Of a stretch of 64,000 bases of DNA, positions 12,401 through 25,565 are shown one piece after another. Origin of the DNA: Haliotis rubra (lineage: Eukaryota); NCBI RefSeq assembly GCF_003918875.1, contig NW_025765914.1, positions 496,001-560,000 on the forward strand. The letters are read 5' to 3'. The notes below the pieces were generated by a model. The model worked only from the letters and a program-made list of their open reading frames with translations. It had not been told where the DNA came from and searched no databases. Every line of letters begins with the position of its first letter. Position 1 is the first letter of the stretch. Both the position numbers and the translations under genes were made by a program.

Positions 12401-13670
12401 CTATTCTATTTACCTGTTGAACCACAGAACATGACGTATTTACCCGTATACCGCTACTGCATATTACATTGAATGTGAAACATTTACCTGAATACCACTA
12501 TGCAGCATTCAGACGCCATGTCCGTACATGTGTAAGAAGCAATGGAATAGCTAATTGGTTAACATGGTTAATAGGGTTCGATTCCAATATCCGCTGTCAT
12601 TTAATATTACTGCAATATTTTAAAAGTTGAATAAAATAATACTCGCTCAACTATGTACTACAGGCATTGCATACCGGCAATATCAGCTATGCTGCATAAA
12701 AACGTATTACTAAGGACGTATTACTAGTGGTAGACTCGTCTCGAGGTATGTAGGCTACATCGTGTACATAGGCTTCATTTAGAAAAAATGGGATACATCA
12801 CACCAGTTAACAACGAATTTGTCTTACGGGCATACGTTTTGCTTATGAAACCTGAATTTTTCAACGGTATGGCACATGAAGCGTTCAACGGACAGTTATA
12901 ATACACAGGGTTGGTGCAATTGCTTTACTAATGGGTTTGTTCGTTGATGTTCGCAAAACAACCTTTAATATGAGCTCGGATGAAATATCTGCTATTTTCA
13001 TAACTATGGAGCCACACAACTAAGAGGTTACTTACTCGCACGGTACAGCGAGCCTCCCATCCACAACAATCTGTTGTATACTCTGCAAGGCAAGATAATG
13101 GCGGAGCTTATGCATGCAGGGACTGAACAACTCCAAGCAAGGATCGTCTTCTCCTTGACTGGAGGACACGTTCACCATGTTCTCTTCGGGATTTTGACGA
13201 CGTTGTGTCTCGTGTCATTTGGAAACAGAGCTAATAACAACAAGATAGTAATTTAGTTCAGCCCTGTTTAAAGAATACGGTTTTATGAAATTTCGCTCCT
13301 CAGATTTATGACCCTTTCCCATGGAAGGAATCGGCAATCTTGGAGATTGACTGACTAAAGTGCTACTATAGTCCTACACGTATAGAATACCTGTTACTTG
13401 ACGTGTACATAATGTTCCTCTGTAAAATACTTTTCAAAACACGTCATTAAGAATACAACTGTCTGAATGGGAGGGAATAGTACTGCAATAAACTGATGGC
13501 GCCTCATGTCGCCCTAAAATAAGAGTCATAAAGAAGTAGCTAAAATCTATAGGCAGTAGTTTCTGGTCATATACTATATAGACTGAGAAACCAATAAACG
13601 TAACAATGGACTCACCAAGTGAAAAACATATTGCTGGCAAATACAAAAGGAAGGCCACTCGTGCAAACAT
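9455..13670 (-). pseudogene. G2: Cys-rich family paralog with a 4-nt deletion in exon 2
   Basis: Exons 13670-13616, 13230-13036 (195 nt versus 199 in G3), 12175-12051, 11229-11145 and 9575-9455 (TAG). All splice sites are canonical and all 12 Cys codons are kept, but the frameshift after LFPN gives an early TGA. Confidence 0.75.
11410..11800. repeat. ~49-bp minisatellite in G2 intron 3
   Basis: Unit ACATTCTGTACAACCATCAGCACACAATCTCCCATTATACTACGTTAAG; related to the 50-bp array in G5 intron 3. Confidence 0.85.
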
Positions 13671-14139
13671 CGTCAACGACTTGTTCCCAGTGAATAACTG
13701 GCGTGGCTCTAACTTGAAACATATATAGCGGATATTAATCTCAGTAACTGCTGTAATCCTCTAAATATATCAGTGAGTGACCAGGAGAGTCGTAAGGTCA
13801 TGGTCTGCAATTACGCTTTCGACGGTCAACACTTCTGTCGCAGCTAGTGGACATTTGTACATTTAGTATTTGGGAAACATCCACACTCATGGTCATTGTA
13901 CTAGTAAAGTGTGGGAAGGCAGGAGATGTGTGTAGGTGTAGACATATATGTGTATGTACTCGTTGACAGGAGATATGCGTGTTACGAGTGAGTGATTGTG
14001 GATTTACGTGGCTTTCAACAAAGTTCCAGCGATATCCCGCAAGAGGAGTTATATTTTTCATACATCCACTCTGGATACTGAAGTTTACATTTATGCAAGT
14101 CAATTGTCTGTTAGTCCACCGTTTCTCTAGATGCACTGC

Positions 14140-15245
14140 TGAATACGGCGTCCCATGCTGTCAATCAAATTGTCGATGTAGTCCTGGGGTAGGTCCACCC
14201 ATGTTTGACTGGTGAGGTTAGACCACTCAACGACACTCTTCGTTTCCAAATTTTCTAATTTGTCCTTCATAATCTACCACACATTTTCAATTCAGTTCAG
14301 GTCTGGTGATGCCGCTGGAAATTTCTGTAAGGTCACGTGACTCGTTTCAAACCAGTTACAGGTGTGTCTTGACTTATGTACAGGTGCATTGTCTTGTAAA
14401 AGTTTGAAAGGTATTCCACTCTGTCCTATATGGGATTCCACTATGCCTTCTTGTATAAGTTGACAGTACTTGCTTGAATCCATCCGAGTTACCCCGAGTT
14501 TGCCTATACCACCCCAAACCATGACACTGGGTGAGAACTTAGGAACCATTTTGCAGCTACGTCCACCTCTTGACCACCTCTTTCTTGTGATCCTATAAAA
14601 CTGAAACTTTAATTCGTCCGTAAAAATCACATTTGAAAAGTCTGTACCCTGCATATCCCTGCACCACTCGAGCCTTTTCTCCATATGTGCTGTTGTCATC
14701 AATGGAACTTCCTTCGACACTCGCTTGACATATCCAGATTGCTTTAAAGATCTTCTGATTGTCCATTCTGATACCTTAGGGGTTCCTTGACTTGACGCCT
14801 TCACGGCAAGCTGTTTTGCAGACCAGTTTCAGTACGCCGCCGCGAGACGCGCGATACGTCGTCTGTCATTTGCCCAAAGAGTAGCACGACGTCCCGATCC
14901 AGCCTGTCGCTCTGTCCCTAACCCTGCGTCAAATTTCTTCAAATTTCGGTAAACAGAGGCCCGATGCAGTCCCGTCAGTTTCACAAGTCTAGTTACGGAT
15001 GTAATGCCTGCTTCATAATGTGCCAAGAGTCGATTTCTGTTGTTTTGTAACGTCATAGCAAAGCTTCGGTATCGTCTGCTAGCAACGAGGTCACGTGATC
15101 AAGCCATCCCTGAACCCAAGGGAGATAATTCCATACCAACGAGGCAAGCTACTGGCGGCTAGAAACAATGTATTTTGGCTTTTTTGATAGTAGGATCGAG
15201 TCTACAGAATAAAGTTTTTTGTCGCATTTTTTCTGCTCGTTACTA
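14140..15245 (-). mobile_element. Degenerate Tc1-family transposon
   Basis: HTH region (GLHRASVYRNLKKF...GSGRR), VIFTDELKF, VMVWGGI, QDNAPVH, PAASPDLN; broken into several frames. Confidence 0.85.
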
Positions 15246-18200
15246 TGTGTGTGTACAGGGGATGTGAGTAAACAGGAGATACGTATGTGTTCATGAAGAC
15301 AGGAGATACACTACTGCCTAAAAGTTCATTCCCCTTGAACGCGTTGAGAACGCGTGTAACACGCATGTGACACGAGTGTGCAACGCGTTTGAGTCCAGTG
15401 TCACACGGGTATGCAACGGGTGTGCAACGCGTTTGAGTCCAGTGTCACACGGGTGTGCAACGCGTGTGTAACGAGACACACACACGTGTACTACCCGTGT
15501 AACACAGGACCAAGTTTCAGTTGAATTTGGCGAAAAGCGTTAGGGTTGCAAACATAGAATTGTATGATATTTTAATTCGGAAATTTGCCAGAGTGCATCA
15601 CCACCTGTACTCCTTATGACCATAGCTGTTTGTACAGTACTCGCTCTTGAAAGATGATTGGTGTATGACGTGCAATGTACATGTATACGATTTTTATTTT
15701 CAAACAAAAAATCCTGACGAGAAACAAACAATTACAACAGTGTGATGGACGATGATTGTCAAAATTAATGGTCTGCAATGACTTATCGACGTTCTTGAAA
15801 ACTGTCAAAATCAAGAATGTCATCCCATGCACGTGTATGCGATGACTGAGTTGTGCACGTGCATCTCATGCATTGTGTTTAGGAGTAGTGATAAAGAGAA
15901 AAGGTGATGCGTTCATAAAATGTCTGTCTTTGAAAAGTTTGTTAAGGCTTATACTTCCTGTACAAATTGAAAGTTCAGGTTCCCCTACTTATTTTAAGAA
16001 ACAATATTTGTATAACCCATTTAAAATATGAGCCTTTAATTAATTGTTTGCCACGAAGGCAGGACACAGGCTTTGTGCCTCATAGACATATCGTAACATG
16101 CCATGGTCATTTGAGTTAAGTGGCTATTTTTCTGCCAGAGATGATTGCACCTAAAGGTCAAACTACCCATTCACAGGGAGTGGTCTCAACAGCACATGTA
16201 TCATCAACCTGCCAAGTTGTCATGCATTATTTTGAAATCATCTGTAAGGAAAAACTGAGAATCTACAACTTCATTGTGTGCCTCGATATCAGGTCGCAGG
16301 ATGTGTGTCTCAGGCGCATAGCGAGTCATGTTCATGTCAGTTAAGTGACTTTCAACCGTTGCTCTTTGAATTAACCGAATTTTATTTTGTGCGCTTTGAG
16401 CATGCTTAAGCATGGATATCTGCGCGGTACAGATATGCTATTATTATCGTTATTATTACTACTTATATTTAGCCATAAAAGATATAATTGCATCTGGAGG
16501 CCACACTGCACATTCACAAGAGATGTTCCCTTACAAGCATATGTATCGTTGACCTGTCACATTTACCAATTATGTGAAGACAGTTTGTCATTCATTATTC
16601 TGGAATGATCTACAAGACCAAAGTAAGAACGTTAAAGTAAAATTATGAGGTCCAAATTTCATATATGACGCGCCTCTTGATATGGCTCCTGTCAATGTAG
16701 TGGTTGACAACTTGCTCTAGTCCTAATGGTTAAAGCGTTTGTCACTGCCGAACCTCGAACATCATCTCAATGTAGACTTTTCTGTCCCCGCCGAATGTTG
16801 CTGGAATAGATCAAACTTGCTCTAGTCTAGTAACACGCTTCTTTATCATTTTGTTTGTGAAATAAAAAAGACCACCTCTTTGTGTCTTGTTCAGAACATG
16901 TTATTTACCCTTTATAACTATATGTGCCACTGGCATTAATCGCCGGAAACAGCATTGCTTTCCTTAAAGTGATGCTGATCCTGAGCAATTCCTCGGAACT
17001 GGTTGTTGCTTTTGTTATTGTATAAAAATTACAAATATGAAAATTAAAACAGACTAAACTTGCAGCAATAATATCGGAATATTACCTTGTTCGAAGAATG
17101 AATTATCAATATTCCTATAAAGGAATGACATGCCATTCATCTGCAGCTGACAAAGGAACCTGTTCCATGGCATGTGTGATAGTCCTTTAACTGTAATATG
17201 CAAAAAATAAAATCATATAACGTTATAACTAGTGATAGTTTCTCAGCTGTTCACGTGACTGTTTCCGGTTTTTCACTGGTCCTGACAACTAATTGCATGA
17301 TGTCAACAATTCCTTAAGAAATGAATGAACAATCAATCAAATGGCGGTTAATCTTTTAAGGAGGTAGGTGTATGCTGTGTAGGTTAGTAAATCTACATTC
17401 ATAAACACTACTTTTGACAAATCCACTGTGCAAGATAAAAGTAATTAATTATAAGCGTGTTATCGGTTAATCCTTTGATCGATGACTCAGCTGATAATTT
17501 CTCTTGATGCACTTCCATGTGGATAAATAACATGTAATACATTTGCCACATCAGACCTTTATTTATAATGTTGAATACATGTATTTATTACAGACACGAG
17601 AAATTACAAATGGGAACCTTCTTCTGGTAATCTGAGTTGTGTTACCACTAGTTATACCTGTTACAACTTCATTAACTCATCACCAAGTGATGATTTATAC
17701 CACCAAACGTGGGTTACAACAAGGAAGTAGTAATCACTGTATTGCATGCAATTTTCATTGCCTAAAGAAGTTAGGGGTCGACACTGTTTTGAGGATACGA
17801 ACGGTATTTCATTGTCGCATAAGAAATATATATAAGCATATGCATTACCTGTGTACTAAAGTTAGAAACTGTATATACCTATTAACCTCAGTATATTTTC
17901 AGATTTGTCTAGTAGTGGTAAAGCGGGTTGTTTAGTTTACGGATTCAAACGAATCAGATGAGTGTTTTAATATCATGTATTATAGACATAAGAGCATTAC
18001 ATGACATGATTAAATATCAAGGTAAAAAACACAGAAATAGGATCATATTGGATTAGTCATCCTACTATCCACGCATTAGAAAGTCCGCATTAAAAGCCTG
18101 CACTGCTGGGATACTTTATTACAATCAGACAAAACTACCTGGGATATTTTCAAATAACGGCATCTGATGGGTACCCATCGTTCTTACTGTCCCATTGTTG

Positions 18201-20256
18201 AGGTTGAAGAAATTCTGGCAAGGTTTACATTAGCCCAGCCCTCGTGTCCGTCACGGTCGAGAGGGCAGGGACTGACTACCTTGCAGCGAGGATTCGAAAT
18301 TAGATTGTTAGGCCGAAACATTGATCGCTCTGGATCAGTGACTACTGTATGATCAAACCATGTTTCTCATGTTTCTCAGCTTGTCAGCACATAGTGGGCT
18401 TCACCAGAGTGACACACGTCGCACAGCATCATCGCTATCTTCTTCATCAGTGTCACATTTCCTGTATATTTGAAATAACGTATACACTATGCCTTTTTGA
18501 AAGTGATTAAGTAAAGTAGTGAGGTACAAATTAGGTGCATTTTGGGACTCATTCGAGATTCGAACTCGCACTTTTACACAGTCACTGATTTAACTAACTC
18601 ATCCATCGAGGCTCACCAACAACAAACACGTTTCCCAGGATTGAAAATGACGAATACACAATGTCGTTTTGAAAGTGGTCATATGTGACAAATGTTATTT
18701 GTTGGATTACAGGTTTTCAGTAAAAGCCAAATCGTGGTTTCCGTTTACATCCTAATATATCTATATCAGCATATATTGGAGACCTAATATTCTCTGGTAT
18801 CTCCCTTTTGAAATAGATTTACTCGCTGAATGAAGAGAAACCCTCAGATCATCAACTACATAAACGACGTACTGGCTGTGATGAGTAATAATGACTTTAT
18901 TAAACACAATTAGTAAATACCAACAGGAACAAGCAGGGTACAATAACAACGCCTATTGAAAGAAACGTAGTTGAAGGCTTCAAGTTTGTGTAATGCAATC
19001 AATTAATTTCAGAAAGAAATGTCTACAGGAGATGTTATGTTGTCAGTTGTTCGGGTTATTTCTAGTTAAATAGAAAAGTAATTATAATGAAAGTTGGATC
19101 CATGACCTAAAAAGTCCAATGCGTTTATTCCACGGATTTTGTTTTCGTTTTCTTGAGTGCAGGTAACATCTAAGGACTATGGTCGGTGTTGGAAATTTTT
19201 CGTTAAACCTTGCGGCGATTTGATGGCCATTGCTTGAACTGAATCTAGCAAGGATCTACTCTTTCAGCCAGTTGACCCAAGAGGTTGGCTTCTTCTGTTG
19301 AGCAGTCAGGTATCTCCGCCACCAGCGTTTCTATGCAGGTCGGCAGACTAACAAAGAAACATGTCAGTCAGGAAAACTCTGGATTACTGAGAGACTGAGA
19401 GATGGAACTTCTGAAGTTGTCAGACTGAAGTGACAATTTGTTATGTAGTATTGCATTTTACAAATACACGTATAAGTATGAGATAAAAATATAATAGCTA
19501 CCATATGATATACTGGACATACGGACCGGTGCACTCACGGATTGTTGGCGTGAGGTGCGAGCTTCTCCAGCAGACCTCCCCCGATACAAATGCTGAAATG
19601 GTTGAAAACAATTACCGACGAAATATTGGCGAGCGTTTATCGTTTTCACATACATCATATAGTAAACATGATAACCGGTAAGAATATTTGTTGAGAATAT
19701 CGTCTATATAATCAAACCGAAAACTAACCTATCTCTGTGTCAGTACATACATTCATAACTTTTCATGACAGTTATAATAGTGTTGACACTGTTATTTTAC
19801 TGACAAGTCAAGCTCCTAAAAGTGCCTAAAGTAGTGTCGTTTCTCATTACTCGAAAGAACGGAGAGTTTATATAACTATCACCAACACAAATTCACATGA
19901 CACCAAGTAAAGGTATTTACTATATTCTGGTATATAATCTCCCATGACACCAAAGAAAAGATCTCCACTTTTAAACCTCTAATATATAAACTCACATGAC
20001 ACCAAAGTAAAGATCTCTACTTTTTAACCGATAATATATGATCTCCCTTGACAACCAAGAGATTTACATGAACGCTGTACACGATCTCCTATGACACCTA
20101 AAGAGATTTACTTAACCCTCTCTAAACAAGCTCCCATGAAACCCGTATAGAAACGTATCTAGAGAATCATCACACACGCAATTCTCTGTTCATATTATTA
20201 ACCAACGGATTTCTTTTGTTAAATAGAACTGGAAGCATGTACGTTACTGTATCTGT

Positions 20257-20664
20257 TAGGGGTGACTATCGAGGCGGAAACAGCTATTGCGATATTGTAA
20301 CATACTATTGCGATAGCGATAGCCTATTGCGATCAACTATTGCAACATACTATTGCAATAGTTGTTTTTTTCTCCTTGACTTGTCTCATTTGAAGTCATT
20401 TCCCAAATAAATGTATAGTTTGAATAAAATAAAAACAAGTTGAAGTAGTTTCAGCCTCAATGAAGCTACAAGTCTGCACCCAAATATTCTTTATTTTGCG
20501 CTATGCATTTATCAACGGAAGTTAATTACTAAACTATCGATAGTCACACATACTATCGATGTACCGATAGTTTTTCGGTTCTACAATTCTAATTCTCGGT
20601 TAATTGCTATCGGAGACTCAACAATTGCAATGCATCGATAGTTCAATGCATCGTTACAGCCTTA
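20257..20664. mobile_element. hAT-type MITE in G3 intron 3
   Basis: 8-bp TSD GTATCTGT (20249-20256 and 20665-20672), imperfect TAGGGGTG / CAGCCTTA ends, internal repeated CGATAG/TATCG motifs. Confidence 0.7.
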
Positions 20665-21234
20665 GTATCTGTACCTTGGCTATTCTGGCAAATGAAATCC
20701 CACAACGTCTGGGACGTCTGCATCTCCCGTAGAAATCCTGGTTCCTACATTGACTGGCAGCGTCAATACAGTTCTGGCTTCCCTCCAGGAGGTTTGACCT
20801 GACACAAACATTCACCAGTACACGAGTGAGTATGTGAGTAAGTGGGTGAGTGGGTGGAGTTTGGATGGAACGTGAGGTAGTGATAGATTCCATTACACCA
20901 TAAAACGCATTTCCCTGTCCACTACCAGATGTAATATTGAAATTAGTACCTGACATCTCGATAACTATAAATCACACAACTAATAGCTTACTTACTCGCA
21001 CGGTACAGCAAGTCTCCCATCAACAACGATGTCTTTTGGACCATGCACGGAAAACATATGGCGGAGGTTATGAATGCAGGGGCTGAACAGCTCCATGCAA
21101 GAATCCTCTTCTCCTTGACTGGAGGACACGTTCACCATATTCTCCCCAGGATTCTGACGACGCTGTGTCTCGTGGCCAGCATTGGGAAACAGAGCTAGAG
21201 ACAGATAGTAATTTAGCTAAACCCGATTTAGATA

Positions 21235-22407
21235 TGACTTCTTTGATCGGCATTCTATAAGTTGGGTAGCTTCAAGTAGTTTTCGGGTTTTAAAATCAGG
21301 CTGGTTCCTTTCGATGGCTTTGGTGGTGTTCCAACTGATGTTGTGGTTTGGGTTGGCTTTAAGGTGATGTTTCAAGACTCAAACAGCAAGCCAACATTGA
21401 TGTCATCTTCCAAAGAATCAACACTATACAGAACCTCCTGCAGGCCACAGGCAGACCCGCCCCGGCAAAGAAGCCAGATCTCGCAGGTGTCGTCTACCAG
21501 GTAAAATGCGACTGCGGCGAATCCTATATTGGTGAAACATCAAGACCAGTCACCACTAGGATCAAAGAACACCAGGCCTCAGTAAGAAACAAAGACTCTA
21601 AATCCGCCTTAACGACCACCTTAAAGCCAACCCAAACCACAACATCAGTTGGAACACCACCAAAGTCATCGAAAGGAACCAGCCTGATTTCAAAACCCGA
21701 AAACTACTTGAAGCTGTCCACATAAAACAGATTTGCCCAGCCATCAACAGAGATGAAGGATATTTCATCCCCAAGGCCTATCATCACTTGCTCAATTAAT
21801 TTCATGTAATCCTACTCAACCATTGTACATTATCCATTGTGTAACACTGTACATTATCCATTGTGTAAACATCACTTCACCACTGGCTTCCCAACAGTCC
21901 CTTTATCACTTATGTAAACAACCTATGTACACCATTCCCTACTGGCTGCCCATCAACATCCTTAATCTCTTATGTATACAACTATGTACATGTTCTTTAC
22001 TGGCTTCCCATCAACCTACTTAATCCTGCATTATCAACCTCTTCTATTGTATAGGGGCGGTGGGGTAGCCTAATGGTTAAAGCGTTGGCTCGTCGTCACG
22101 CCGAAGACCCGGGTTCGAATCCCGACATGGGCACAATGTGTGAAGCCCATTTCTGGTGTCCCCCGCCGTGATGTTGCTGGAATATTGCTAAAATCGGCGT
22201 AAAACCAAACTCAGTCAGTCAGTCTTCTATTGTATAAACAACTCATTTTCTCCTCATCCTCATCTATTGTACAAACATGTCATGTATATATATCACCCAA
22301 ATTACCTCCCATGTACCACTTACTTGACAACGACATTAGAATCTATGTCGAAACGTCGCTTATATAGAATAAAGAAGCTGTATATCCATAAAATTAGTCC
22401 TCATTCT
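21235..22407 (+). mobile_element. 5'-truncated Penelope-like retroelement (GIY-YIG endonuclease fragment) in G3 intron 1
   Basis: 21484-21799 translates to GVVYQVKCDCGESYIGETSRPVTTRIKEH...LLEAVHI...INRDEG with one frameshift; 12-bp TSD CCGATTTAGATA (21223-21234 and 22408-22419); inverted segment at the 5' end. Confidence 0.88.
22054..22222 (+). mobile_element. tRNA-derived SINE (family A) nested in the Penelope element
   Basis: Same family as 4483-4651; TSD TCTTCTATTGTATA on both sides. Confidence 0.9.
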
Positions 22408-23094
22408 CCGATTTAGATACCCGTTCTATGAAATTTCGCTTCGCAGATTTACGCCCCTTGCCCTGGTGGGCTCGAAGTCACTCTGACTAAAGTGCTACTA
22501 ATTACCTACCTGTTACACTACTTGTTACCTGTGCATAATGCTACCTGATGAAAGTAAGATACTTTTCAAAACATTGCAGTGAACCTGTCATTGCGAATGC
22601 AACTGGGAATAGTTCTGCAATAAACTGAAGGCGCCCCAGGACGCCCTACCATAAGATATGTAGATATGAATCTATAGACAGTAGTTTCAGATCATATGGT
22701 GTATATATAATACGAAAATAATGAAAGTAACAAAGGACTCACCAAATGAAAAACATATTGCTGGCAAATACAGAAGAAAGATCACTGGCCCAAACATCAT
22801 CGGCGACTTGTTCCCAGTGAAAAACTAGTGTGGCGCTAACACGAAACATATATAGCGGATATTACTGGCAGTAACTGCCTCAACCGACGAAGTATGTTAG
22901 GGAGCAGCCAATCTACATGCTCGTTTTCTTGTTACGTTTTCGAAGGTCAACACTTCCTTGCCAGTAAGTGGGCATTTTAACCGCTACCGTTGGGAAACAT
23001 CCACAGGCATGGGTATTGTGTCTGTGTCTACGTGCTGACAGGAAATATGCATGTTTACGTGTAGACATATTATGTGTGAATACTGTGTGTGAGG

Positions 23095-23600
23095 GCATTG
23101 TGGGAGAGCTGGCTAAGTCGCCAAGCTAGTGATCCAGCGAGGTTGAGGTGTCGGGATCGAGCCCACCTGTGACCGGGTGTAAAAACTCTGGAGTCAACTT
23201 TGCGCGCAGACTCTTTCAGTGTTGTCACAACCCCTAGTGTACAGTACACAACCATGTGCACTTAAATGAACCCACGAATCCGTTGGTAAATGACCAGATG
23301 GTGGTCACATAAATACTGCAAACACCTAGTTGCGGGTACAGCAACGTGCAGTAAACCTGGAGAAAATACTGTGACTACGTGTCCCAGTCCACCCAGCTGT
23401 GAATGGGTACCTCGTAAGGATGGGAAAGCCACATTAACTCGGTGCGCCTAGTGACTGCAAGACTTGTATACTCCCCAGGGAGTTGCGATTGATTGATAAT
23501 ACATTGTGCCGTTTGAGACTGACATCCAATGATCGAGGGAAAAGCAAAGCGCCTTTGAGCAGGTGATCTAGATATTGGCGCTATATAAATAGATATAAAT
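23095..23600 (+). mobile_element. Long SINE-like element upstream of G3
   Basis: Degenerate tRNA-like head, CCACCCAGCTGTGAATGGGTACC central motif, GCGCTATATAAAT tail; absent at this position in paralogous cassettes. Confidence 0.6.
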
Positions 23601-25130
23601 AAAAAAATAATCAAAGAATACGTGTAGACAAGAGTCGGTATGTGTACTGCAGGCAGGAGATGTGTGTGTAAAGATCAAACCTAGTTAACGCACGTGTAAC
23701 GTAGTATTCAGTCCAGACAGGAGATATGTGTTCGTGTTGGAGATGTATGGGCACGCATTGCCATGGAATTGATTTGTCAAAATCAAACCTGGTTCACTCA
23801 CGTGTAATGTATTGTCAATAGAAAAATACGGACAGTCGGATTCTATCTCTGTGATGATGTTTTCTATTTAATATTTTTTGTAGAACACATTCAAAATATA
23901 AGCCTTCATTGTGTGCCAGGCTATGTGTCACGCGTTAAGTGACTTAGGTTTCGCCATGACAGATATGATTGCGTCTGAAGGACAAACTGCATATACACAG
24001 GATATGTTCCTAACTAGCATACGTATCGTCGACCTGTCACATTTACCAATTACGTGAAGTCAGTTTGTCATTCATTATTCTGGAATGGGTGGGTGAGTGA
24101 GTGAGTAAAGTAAATACTTTATAATTTTATTTTATACAATCTGTCGCCAAAGGAAGGTAAAACAACTAGTATATCACAATAAGAGTTTTAAAACTAGCAT
24201 GTAACTTAAAATTATATACTATTTAAGACATTACAACATAAAAATGGGCTATAGATCGAGAGCAATTGAAGGTAAATAACCATACTTGCGACCATGGGGA
24301 CTTACACTACCTTTGTTACCTGTATGGACCCTAGCTATATTTACACCATCCCTTCAGCCGTTGGCAATTGTAGGGAAATTTCGACATGATTTAAATTTAC
24401 AATAAAGGCTGCATTTGAAAAATCTAGTAAGTTCAAATAAACTTGGAATGTTTCGGGATTTATGTACCCTCTCCGGAACACTGTTGCCACTAACCGTCTT
24501 GCGAATTTAAACTGTAATGCGAATTTAAACTACCAATTATAAAAATACACCTATCTAAAAAAAACATATCTATCAAAACTTATCAATTAATTCAATTTCT
24601 TTTAAAAACTCAATGATTGAAGGAGCATGTACATTATTAAAAAGATCCTTCATCGTTTTTACAATGAAATACTTGATCCTCCGTTTTGCATCCCTTGTGA
24701 TGGAAAAATCCACACAGTCAAGCAGGACATGCTTAACTGTGCTTCTTTCATCACAAGGGATGCAAAACGGAGGATCCTCACCTTTGGTTCGTTGGTTGGT
24801 TTTATAGTTTTAGGGCGACGTGGGCCAATAAGAGGTCTATTTGCGCCCAACACATTGACTTGATTTAATAAACAATCATAGGTAATTTCATCGCCAAAAG
24901 GAATCGTTTAGTTAAGATAAAAGAAACGACAACACTATTAATTTGGATAGATGTATACGTATGTCGAATAACCTCTGCTTTGTGTTACGGATTAAAAACA
25001 CGAAGTAATCACTTCCATTTCTGAAACATGAAATACCCATTCATTAAAAAAGCAGTAGGTTCAGATGACAGAGTTTTAAAATGATTTAAAACCAAAGAAC
25101 ATAATCTGTCTAAGCCATTCGAGAGCCTGT

Positions 25131-25445
25131 CTAGATTACATCATATTTTCCAGATGACGAGACAAAATCTAAAACTGCCCGTTGCACAGACCCATACATG
25201 ATATTGGGGCCCAAAACTGTTTCTAATGAAAATACATCATCAACCTCAAGTACAGCACTTCTGAGATTATGTCTTATGTTGTTATGCCAAGGGCATGTAA
25301 TTAGATAATGTTCGATGTTTTCAGGCGTCTCCAAATTGCAATGGTCACATTTAGAAGAGACCGTCTTATCTATAATACTCCTGTAAGCATTTAGTCCACA
25401 GTGTCCAAGTCTCAGACGTGAAAGAATAACCTCATCACGCCTTTT
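25131..25445 (-). mobile_element. LINE 3' fragment with C-terminal zinc knuckle
   Basis: RDEVILSRLRLGHCGLNAY...KCDHCNLETPENIEHYLITC. Confidence 0.75.
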
Positions 25446-25565
25446 ACGACGACGAATTCACCTTTGAACAGGTATTATCATTATCTCCCTTGAGTAGTGA
25501 AATCGTTTGCATATCGCTCCCATGAAAACCCAATGCCATGGAAAATGAAGACAAATATAGCAACA

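Larger units (their letters stand above)
19245..22797 (-). pseudogene. G3: Cys-rich family paralog with a 1-nt deletion in exon 3
   Basis: Exons 22797-22743, 21194-20996, 20798-20675 (124 nt versus 125), 19592-19502 and 19347-19245 (TAG). The frame shifts after DFY; WDFICQNSQ continues in another frame. Confidence 0.75.

Noticed and set aside
13434-13676. Single-exon reading of the signal-peptide ORFs (also 59785-60054)
   Set aside because: Conservation stops at the G|GTGAG donor; read-through sequence is intron with non-conserved frames.
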